DNA of 54,970 bases from a virus (lineage: Duplodnaviria; Caudoviricetes). The notes beneath the pieces were generated by a model. The model was not told where the DNA came from and did no database searches. It saw only the letters and a program-made list of their open reading frames with translations. This document shows positions 47,720-54,970 of this stretch, in pieces. Location of the stretch: the IMG/VR virus record IMGVR_UViG_3300037264_009246, positions 1 to 54,970 of that record, one strand, 5' to 3'. Position 1 is the stretch's first letter. Each line of letters begins with the position of its first letter. Position numbers and translations under genes: made by a program.

Positions 47720-48028
47720 TTATCCATTTTTAGGATACCTGAGTTCCTCTAAATACTTTTCTTTTTCCCTTAACATCCCCAATGCCTCATCTTTTAACCG
47801 TATGTGATCTCTGAGTGTGCCAACCATATCACTCATTGCTTTTGTGTTCTCCTTAAATGTACAGTCCATGAACTTAAACATCTTTTCATTATTTTCAACG
47901 AGCTGCTGCTGGGCTTTTTCAATCTGCTGAAATGCTTTATCAGATATCCACTTCATGAACTGGAACATCAGTATCACTACCACCGCTGCTATACCAACAT
48001 CACGGATCAGCGCAAGTTCTTCAATCAA
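47720..48028 (-). CDS. Single-TM coiled-coil protein (holin-like architecture)
   Basis: VGIAAVVVILMF followed by a coiled coil; GGAGGT RBS. Confidence 0.5.
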   Translation of the reverse strand: MIEELALIRDVGIAAVVVILMFQFMKWISDKAFQQIEKAQQQLVENNEKMFKFMDCTFKENTKAMSDMVGTLRDHIRLKDEALGMLREKEKYLEELRYPKNG

Positions 48029-48033
48029 GTTTT

Positions 48034-48330
48034 TTACCTCCCCATTATTTTTGCTGTCTTGATTATGTCCTCTATGAATCTAAGATCAATCGTTCCGGTT
48101 TTATCCAGGAACAAAATTGTGTTTGTAGGGGTTGGCAGCGGTCCGGAGATCAGGTCAAATATCTGTAAAACCCTCTTGCGCTCAGATTTGGCTTCTACAG
48201 CTCTGAAAAAATCACCTATCTCACCGACCACGGGAAGGGCACTGACAATATCTGCAAGTATTGCCTCATGAAGAGAAGCATGATCAGAACTGAAAAGCAC
48301 CCTTTCAATATCAATATCTGAATCTGGCAT
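48034..48330 (-). CDS. Hypothetical protein
   Basis: First gene after an AT-rich promoter region. Confidence 0.55.
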   Translation of the reverse strand: MPDSDIDIERVLFSSDHASLHEAILADIVSALPVVGEIGDFFRAVEAKSERKRVLQIFDLISGPLPTPTNTILFLDKTGTIDLRFIEDIIKTAKIMGR

Positions 48331-48390
48331 GTATTTAATATTATTCTTCTTTATACAAATAGATATTTATGTATAATTATAATGATTACG

Positions 48391-48415
48391 GTTCAGTGGA
48401 AATGGGGTGTGTGTC
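48391..48415 (+). promoter_or_regulatory. Degenerate ORB copy downstream of cdc6
   Basis: GTTCAGTGGAAATGGGGTGTGTGTC resembles the ORBs at 49791-50111. Confidence 0.6.
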
Positions 48416-48460
48416 TGTAGGTGAGGGGGTTGGGGTGCGGGGAAGGGGGAGAGGATATCA

Positions 48461-49687
48461 TTATTTATGTGGTTGAGGTCTATAGCCATCTAATGACTTT
48501 AGCCTGTAATCATCAAGAAGGGTTTTTTCCATCTCAAATGACGTTAATAAACTGACTTCTTTTGTTCTGCCGTATCTCCCCTTTGACATAATTATCGTAT
48601 CTATAAAGCCTATTCCTGAAAGTTCACTGAGCATATCTGTTACCCGCCTCTGTGTTAAAATGTCTATGCCGATCCTTCTAACAATATCTTTATAAACACT
48701 ATATACCGATCCTGTTGTGCTAATATAGTTTTGAATTTTGTTATATTTGGTATCCCAGATGCAGGCAAGACTTACTGCTTTAAGCTGTGTAGGTAGCGTT
48801 TTCATAACTTCAACTAAACCATCGAACTCTACCTGCTCCCTTGCGAGCTTAACATGGGCCTCAGTTATAACAATGTCCTGATTCTCAACTGCGATCTCAG
48901 CAGCTTTTCCAAGCAGTTGTATTGTCTGCCTGGCATCCCCTTCCTCCTGGGCCCCGTATGCCGCACATAATGCAATTTGGGCCTCATCACATACGCCCGG
49001 CATTAATCCTTCAAGCATACGTTCCCTCAATATATTTCTGAGCGCATCCGCATCATACGGTGGAAAAACCCGCTTTGTGACACTGGTGTATGAACTTAAC
49101 GTTCCTTCTGATAGACCTCTTGGAAACTCAGTATCGTTTGATATGAAGATGTATGATATCTCTTTTCCTTTCAAATCCCCTTGATAAACTTCATTTGGTC
49201 GTAACAGTGTGTGCAACAATATATCGGGATTTTCAATTTTGTTAATTTCATCAAGGATTAAAACAATATATTTCTCATTGAGTTCTGAAATATAATCAAA
49301 AATAAGGTTGCTACCATAATCAAAGGAGTTGCCTTTTATAAGGGACTTTCCCCTATTACCCTTGCCGATAATTTTATCTATTATTATCCCAAGAGCCATA
49401 AATTCTGTCCTGGCATGTTTTAGACTGACATAAAATACCTTGACTTCGGACGTTACCTTGACAAGCTCATCTACTACATGCCTTGCTACAAGGGTTTTTC
49501 CAGTACCTCTCTTTCCGTGTATCATTTGATCAGTAGGACGCTGCCCCTGCAAAATATACCTTAACCCATCTGCTATTTGCTTTATCTGATCGTCCCTGTG
49601 GAGTATTGACTTTGGGACGTAATCCTTACTAAAAACACCCTTGTTTTTAAAAATAGGACTGCTTCCTATCTCCTCGAAGATCGCCAC
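48461..49687 (-). CDS. cdc6: Orc1/Cdc6 replication initiator
   Basis: ILHRDDQI, GKRGTGKT, LDEI, FPPY, GDARQ and wH GRYGRT motifs. Confidence 0.95.
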   Translation of the reverse strand: MAIFEEIGSSPIFKNKGVFSKDYVPKSILHRDDQIKQIADGLRYILQGQRPTDQMIHGKRGTGKTLVARHVVDELVKVTSEVKVFYVSLKHARTEFMALGIIIDKIIGKGNRGKSLIKGNSFDYGSNLIFDYISELNEKYIVLILDEINKIENPDILLHTLLRPNEVYQGDLKGKEISYIFISNDTEFPRGLSEGTLSSYTSVTKRVFPPYDADALRNILRERMLEGLMPGVCDEAQIALCAAYGAQEEGDARQTIQLLGKAAEIAVENQDIVITEAHVKLAREQVEFDGLVEVMKTLPTQLKAVSLACIWDTKYNKIQNYISTTGSVYSVYKDIVRRIGIDILTQRRVTDMLSELSGIGFIDTIIMSKGRYGRTKEVSLLTSFEMEKTLLDDYRLKSLDGYRPQPHK

Positions 49688-49790
49688 AGTTCAATAGAAA
49701 TATCCTTATTCATATAAAAGATTTTTCTTTTAAGAGACACCCTTTTTCCACTGAAGGGTAACGATAGTTATAATGATGAAATTAATGGCA

Positions 49791-50111
49791 AATTTTAGGG
49801 GGGGGACACACACCTCATTTCCACTGGAACTCTGGAATTGACTGACGTGGGGTAAAAAAATGGTTCTTTTTCATCTCCTAAATAATAATTGACATAAAAT
49901 ACCCATCACTCCTGTTCTCCTTCTTTTTCATAGTATATAATCATAACTAAAAAACGTTAAAATATTTATTATGTTATACCTGTACACCGTAACGGTATTA
50001 GTTAGAACGGAAACTACGGGAAAACGAATAGATCAGGCAAATTTTTTCCTTTAGCCAGAGAAACTTCAAGTTCCAGTGGAAATGAGGTGTGTGTGTCCCC
50101 CCCCTAAAATT
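49791..50111. other. Archaeal-type replication origin: inverted ORBs flanking an AT-rich DUE
   Basis: About 41-bp inverted repeats (49791-49831; 50069-50111) containing GTTCCAGTGGAAA, directly upstream of cdc6. Confidence 0.85.
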
Positions 50112-50664
50112 ATCCAGGTAAAAATTGCATTTAGGCTACGCACATCGAAAAGCAAAATCTTCCAGAAAGATGCAGGTGATTTTTAGCAGGATATGTTCCG
50201 GAGATCCTTCATGTGAACGCCAGGCAATTTCACTTATTTTACTATGCAGGGCGCCACAAATCCGCAGTTTTCGGCGTTTGCCTACAGCCCAGGCTCGAAT
50301 TACCGTGCCTTTTTTCGTTCCTGTTGGAGGTCCGTGCCCCATGTCGCACCACAGCACATCACAGTGCGAGAAGCACAGCTACCGGCACGCTTTTTTGCCG
50401 GGCACTGTCTCTCAGCCTGCACCTACGGAAGCCCAGGCTCACTGGACCACCTTCCGATTCGTTCCGCCCTTGCGTATTATGCCACTCATCACTTAGGGAG
50501 ATCAAAAAATCCCAGGGAGTAAGTTTATCGGGGTTCGATGGTTGGTTTAACAGCCTTCTTCTGTAAACACAGCCCGTCAGCTAAACGGTCTGTTTCTACA
50601 GACAAAGTAGAATATAAAAGTACAATTATATGTATCTTATGTTATCCCGGTAAAAAAGTAGAAA

Positions 50665-50919
50665 TCACTTTGAGATCTGCGTCAGTTCCTTAAGGAGCCG
50701 GTTAGTCTCCTTAAGTTCAGTTGATGTCTCTTTTAGAGCCTTAGTCATGTCTGCTATGTTCCCTGCCATGCTTGCAAACGACTTTGCGCCCTCATTTAAC
50801 TTCTCTACCTGAGTAGTTAGTTTTATCAGGGGATTGGCTTTACTGGCAGCACCATAATTCATATCCCACATCCAGCTACCGATAGGATCGGTAGGTCTTG
50901 GGGGTATCTCAGCATTCAT
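50665..50919 (-). CDS. Small coiled-coil protein
   Basis: Heptad-rich C-terminus; ATGA-coupled. Confidence 0.55.
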   Translation of the reverse strand: MNAEIPPRPTDPIGSWMWDMNYGAASKANPLIKLTTQVEKLNEGAKSFASMAGNIADMTKALKETSTELKETNRLLKELTQISK

Positions 50920-51068
50920 TTAATGTCAGCAGCCAGGTCATCCATCTTTTTCTCCATCCTGTCGAGCTGAACCTTTAGATTTCTCTCAGTCTCATCAAGC
51001 CTTTTATCAAAATCTTTCTTGATCTTCTCAGCCTTCTCATCAAACAATTTATCGAGCATTCCAGCCAT
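50916..51068 (-). CDS. Small coiled-coil protein (50 aa, not in the ORF track)
   Basis: GGTGA RBS; MAGMLDKLFDEKAEKIKKDF... Confidence 0.55.
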   Translation of the reverse strand: MAGMLDKLFDEKAEKIKKDFDKRLDETERNLKVQLDRMEKKMDDLAADIK

Positions 51069-51079
51069 AACAAATCACC

Positions 51080-51484
51080 TTATCCCATAACTGTTTTAGA
51101 TATTGAATTAAACACCTTGATCACATTCTCTATATGCAGGGCGCCGCCGGATACTCCGGGAGGAGGATCAACAATAATACTCTCTTCAGTGAATACAGCC
51201 GTGAAGATCCTTGCACGGGCAATCCCGGAACTTTCAGAGTTTATTATATTCCAGTACATATCCTTATCCATTGACACTGTAACAGTCGGAGTATCAAGGT
51301 CTGATAGCATCCTTATCCTGCCGTCCTTGAATATAAATCCGGTCTTGAACCTGCTCCCAAGTATTTTGATCGCAAGGCTGCGTTTATCCTGGTAATCCCT
51401 CATTATCTCTTCAAGCATACCTGTTTTATTCGCTATCTGTACGAACGCCTCTGTAACATCCCTGATATCCTCATCCATAATCAT
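51080..51484 (-). CDS. Possible SCP2-like lipid-binding domain protein
   Basis: FIFKDGRI...PTVTVSMDKDMYWNII pattern. Confidence 0.4.
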   Translation of the reverse strand: MIMDEDIRDVTEAFVQIANKTGMLEEIMRDYQDKRSLAIKILGSRFKTGFIFKDGRIRMLSDLDTPTVTVSMDKDMYWNIINSESSGIARARIFTAVFTEESIIVDPPPGVSGGALHIENVIKVFNSISKTVMG

Positions 51485-52206
51485 TGTACAACCTCTTTTG
51501 AGTTAAGACCGATCCTGTGAGCTACAATAACCGCAGCACCATCAAAATCAAGTGAACTTAAATCGTGCTTGAAGGGCACCTTCGCAAGAACCTCAATACC
51601 GAGTTCATCACCAATGCTGACACCTTCATCGAACAGGTCTGATCTTGTACCATTACCGAACTCGATAAAGCTCATGTTATCAATAATGCCAAGAATAGGG
51701 ACATTATACATCCTGTTCGTGAGTAGTGAAATTAACCGTTGAGCATCATCCAGGGAAACACGTTTCGCATTCGTTACTATCACGGCGCCATCAACTTTAG
51801 GTATGTACTTCAGGACAGCCATGATCTCATCTCCGGTCCCGGGCGGTGAATCACATAACAGTATGTCAGGGCTGTTCCACTTTACCTTTTCAATGAGTTC
51901 ATGGATAAGCTCCCTTCTCTTATCCCCCGACCAGGCAACTGCAATGTTTGCAGGCATCATAAATGACGGGCTGAAGATCTCAAGGGTTTCACTGTACTTT
52001 ATTGGGTAGAACCAATCCCCGTCAAATGTTTTTACACTATCGACCTCTTCCTGCGACAGCCCAAGGATGCGAGCTGTATTTGGTCCAGTCATGTCAAGGT
52101 CAAGTAGAGCAACTTTATAATTTTTGGATAATGCCCTGCCGAGATTTACTGTAGTTGTTGTCTTTCCGGTGCCACCTTTGCCGCTGGCAACCATTACTGT
52201 TTTCAC
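51481..52206 (-). CDS. Mrp/NBP35/MinD-family P-loop ATPase
   Basis: SGKGGTGKTT, DLDMTGP and DSPPGTGD motifs; no CxxC after NMS. Confidence 0.85.
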   Translation of the reverse strand: MKTVMVASGKGGTGKTTTTVNLGRALSKNYKVALLDLDMTGPNTARILGLSQEEVDSVKTFDGDWFYPIKYSETLEIFSPSFMMPANIAVAWSGDKRRELIHELIEKVKWNSPDILLCDSPPGTGDEIMAVLKYIPKVDGAVIVTNAKRVSLDDAQRLISLLTNRMYNVPILGIIDNMSFIEFGNGTRSDLFDEGVSIGDELGIEVLAKVPFKHDLSSLDFDGAAVIVAHRIGLNSKEVVQ

Positions 52207-52209
52207 GGT

Positions 52210-53619
52210 TTACTTCCCTCCTGCTGATGCTGCAGCCTTTTGCTGCCACTTATCTACAGTCGCCTTAACTTCCCCTTCACCCGGAGATGTAGATGGCATT
52301 AGTACCTTCATGTACGTTCCCGCAGCTACACCATCCTGCTTCTCAATATCCCTGACAAGTAAAAGCGAGTTCATCCTTTGCTGATTTTTAAGGATCTCAT
52401 TTAGAGGTTGGGAGATTCGATCTCCAGCGTGTGTAACAGATTCCGTTACTGTTTCGAGATTCTTATGCTGGGTATGCGTTCCAAATTGTGTATCTGATAA
52501 CCCGGCTGCAGGTAGATCCCCACCTTTGCGGTCCTGAAGGTTTGAGATCATTAATTTCATCTCTGATAATTGATCTTTTACCGCCTTAGTCTCGGTATCC
52601 CTCTTTTCCTTCTCATAAGTCTGGATCTGTTCAGTGAGTTTATTAACAGTTTCGGACATCTTTTTAATATCCTCATTTTCAGATTTATCAGGTCTTTCCC
52701 GTGCCGGTTGCCCCATATTAATAATAGCGTCCTTGAGTTGTTCAAGTGTTTCAGTTATCTCATCAGGCACCCTTGAAGTCTGTTGTTCCGTTCGCTGCTG
52801 TTGAGTCTGTATAAGCCCCAGCTCCTTAAATAGCGTGATCATTTTTAAGGTCTGATCTTCTGATTTCTCAACCTGAGAATCACGTTTATGCTTGCTTTTT
52901 ATTGTTCTCTCTTTTACCTTCCCCTCACTATCCAGTTTCTCTATGATTAAATCCCCATCATCTTCCCCCCTCACAACTCTGTCACTCTGGTTTCCACCGG
53001 CGTTAAATATTATGGGTTGTCCTGGTGTTTGAAATGATTGCTGACCTTGTACCGGAACTAACATCATCTGGCCCTGTGGTCCAGGCTGCATTATGAATCC
53101 ACTGCCACTATTCTGAGATCCGAAATTATAATTCGGAGCATTCATCGAATCTGCGCCCCCGAACACTTTCTGGATGATCATGGGAATATGCTGTACATCA
53201 ACGCCCCACGCTGCAAGAAGCTGGTGCATCCCCTGTGGTGTCTGGTATAATGGAGTTGTCCTGGCAAACTCAACTATCGCACTGACCTTATCCTTCCACG
53301 ATTTTCCCTTGTATCCAAGCAATGCCAACGTTTCCTCAACCTTATTTGCTATTCCAGTGCTCGGCATCATACTTGTGCCGCTTTCTTTCTCTTCAATTTC
53401 CTCTGCTATCTCATCTGTGAAAAACTGATCAGCAAGAGTTTTACTGAGTTGTTTTGATAACGATTTTGCCTGATGGCACGCAGGACAGATGGCACTTAAA
53501 AGAGGCACTTCTGGCCTTAAAATACTCAAATTTTCCTTCACTAATGGTATTTCAGTCCCACAAGCAACCCCGTCAGTTTTTCTCTGGCATGTTATTGTTT
53601 CATTTTCAGCTTCGCTCAT
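52210..53619 (-). CDS. Zn-ribbon plus Gln-rich plus coiled-coil protein
   Basis: N-terminal Cys motifs and a long coiled coil. Confidence 0.7.
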   Translation of the reverse strand: MSEAENETITCQRKTDGVACGTEIPLVKENLSILRPEVPLLSAICPACHQAKSLSKQLSKTLADQFFTDEIAEEIEEKESGTSMMPSTGIANKVEETLALLGYKGKSWKDKVSAIVEFARTTPLYQTPQGMHQLLAAWGVDVQHIPMIIQKVFGGADSMNAPNYNFGSQNSGSGFIMQPGPQGQMMLVPVQGQQSFQTPGQPIIFNAGGNQSDRVVRGEDDGDLIIEKLDSEGKVKERTIKSKHKRDSQVEKSEDQTLKMITLFKELGLIQTQQQRTEQQTSRVPDEITETLEQLKDAIINMGQPARERPDKSENEDIKKMSETVNKLTEQIQTYEKEKRDTETKAVKDQLSEMKLMISNLQDRKGGDLPAAGLSDTQFGTHTQHKNLETVTESVTHAGDRISQPLNEILKNQQRMNSLLLVRDIEKQDGVAAGTYMKVLMPSTSPGEGEVKATVDKWQQKAAASAGGK

Positions 53620-53880
53620 AATTATACTATCCTGTATTGTTTATACTATGCATTTTAAGAATATATAATTTATTCTACATTGTATTTAGAATTATGACGT
53701 ACAATTATACAATAATCAGTGATATAGTATAATGTAGATTCTTCTACAATAGGTTAGGGGCACGTCTGAGGCGGCGCACACTGAATATATCAAAAAATAT
53801 ATAAACGTTGCCTAACAATAGTAAACCAACACAACAAATTATATTTTAGAATAAAAATTAAAATTGGAGGAATACCAAAC
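53620..53880. promoter_or_regulatory. Divergent AT-rich promoter region between the two genome arms
   Basis: Gene orientation switches here; TATA-like stretches on both strands. Confidence 0.5.
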
Positions 53881-54132
53881 ATGGTACAGAGAGGTTCATC
53901 GGACGGCACAGAGGTTCTAACGGTTTATCCGTTAGCATTTGTTGATGACGTTCTTGAAAAAGTTGGTCTGCCAAAGACCAGACCGATTTTAAACGCAGTA
54001 TCGCCTGAGAATATCCTTGGAAAAAAGCTTGGGATACCCGCTCCGGGTGATCTGCTTGAAAAGATGTTAAGCGATGTGGATTCAAAAGTGCCTTCAGGCG
54101 CAGGTTTACCGAAACCGCCAGGATTCAGGTGA
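53881..54132 (+). CDS. Small Pro-rich putative virion protein
   Basis: GGAGG RBS; first gene of the + arm. Confidence 0.6.
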   Translation: MVQRGSSDGTEVLTVYPLAFVDDVLEKVGLPKTRPILNAVSPENILGKKLGIPAPGDLLEKMLSDVDSKVPSGAGLPKPPGFR

Positions 54133-54138
54133 TAAAAC

Positions 54139-54471
54139 ATGGCAAACGGAGCACCACCAGGCATTCCAGGGGCGAACGTTTTTGCAGTGATAATGGCTGC
54201 ACCAACGGATATCCTTGGTCTTGCCACAAGACAGCTCACTGAAACAATGGGCGTCTTTAATCTCGGAGTACAGAGGCTCGGAACCGAAATAGCGCAACCC
54301 CCGGCAATACCGGCTGGATTGCCTGCATTACCCGCAGGACTTCCACCATTCCCGTTCCCGGGCATGGCAGCAGCGGCACCGCCAGCCCCGGCAGTGACAG
54401 GATACACACCGCCAGGACCGCAGGCACAGGCACAGGCGCGAAGAATACCAGACAGAGGACTAATAATTTGA
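54139..54471 (+). CDS. Pro/Ala-rich putative virion protein
   Basis: GGTGA RBS; precedes the candidate capsid gene. Confidence 0.6.
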   Translation: MANGAPPGIPGANVFAVIMAAPTDILGLATRQLTETMGVFNLGVQRLGTEIAQPPAIPAGLPALPAGLPPFPFPGMAAAAPPAPAVTGYTPPGPQAQAQARRIPDRGLII

Positions 54472-54480
54472 GGTGACGAA

Positions 54481-54970
54481 ATGGCAGATTATCAGGTAGT
54501 AGATTTAACAGATCCAGAAAATACGATATTTGAGGCCGAGTGGGATAAGTTATGGACAAACCACTTCCGGGTAAGAGAAGTTATAGACCTATTCCAGGAT
54601 CACAAAGATGCGATCAAGGAAGCTGCAAGGGTAGCGAAGTATCAGCTTGAAACAGTATTCGGCGGTGCAAACGCACGGACCAATGAATTTGGCTGGTCGC
54701 CCATACTCCCGAATCACCTTCTTGCGACTACAACACCTACTTACGCGACAAAGACCTGGAACAAGTACATTGCGACAAGCGATGTAACCAGTTCAACTAC
54801 TTATGGGTGGCTGGATTTCATAGGAAGCTCAACAAGCAACCTAAAGCTGACAAAGTACGGCACAATGATCATAATTGGTTTTGCCGACCCGGTTGAAGAA
54901 CCCAAGATCGATGCGATACTTGCGAAAGTGAAAGGCGTAGATTATCCTATCTGGCCTTTCGGAGAGCAGA
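54481..54970 (+). CDS. 5' part of a junction-spanning 222-aa protein, candidate major capsid protein (possible single jelly-roll)
   Basis: ATG at 54481 after a GAGGTGA RBS. MADYQVVDLTD...SNLKLTKYGT joins in frame to 1..306. Capsid role inferred from size, beta-rich pattern and position. Confidence 0.55.
   Translation, partial: MADYQVVDLTDPENTIFEAEWDKLWTNHFRVREVIDLFQDHKDAIKEAARVAKYQLETVFGGANARTNEFGWSPILPNHLLATTTPTYATKTWNKYIATSDVTSSTTYGWLDFIGSSTSNLKLTKYGTMIIIGFADPVEEPKIDAILAKVKGVDYPIWPFGEQ
54844..54970. repeat. Terminal direct repeat (circular-assembly overlap), copy 2
   Basis: Identical to 1-127. Confidence 0.95.

Noticed and set aside
50125-50566. Four overlapping short ORFs
   Set aside because: No RBS or motifs and atypical composition; a structured RNA explains the region better.

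Overview
Complete circular replicon of about 54,843 bp: bases 1-127 are repeated exactly at 54844-54970 and one ORF reads through the junction. It is most likely a temperate or plasmid-like archaeal virus. A Methanosarcinales/Methanoperedens-type host is inferred from Cdc6/MCM/RFC, ORB boxes, DUF5371-like and HTH_10 proteins and GGAGG/GGTGA RBSs. No terminase, portal, HK97 capsid or FtsK/HerA ATPase is recognisable. The + strand arm (53881 through the junction to 15006) carries candidate capsid/virion genes, three Ser/Thr/Ala-rich paralogs, an apparently complete nonulosonic-acid (legionaminic-like) pathway with a Maf/DUF115 transferase, a PEGA-repeat protein, a subtilase split from its propeptide and a Kelch protein. 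The mostly - strand arm carries two tyrosine recombinases, MCM, RFC, Cdc6 with an ORB-flanked origin, and a DGR (Mtd-like target, TR, RT, no visible Avd) whose downstream gene is split by an IS6-type element with passenger genes. It also carries a chorismate lyase/UbiA-like/GGR/polyprenyl synthase set, RadC, a NUMOD3 endonuclease and several structured non-coding regions. All family assignments are from motif recognition by eye; no database search was run.
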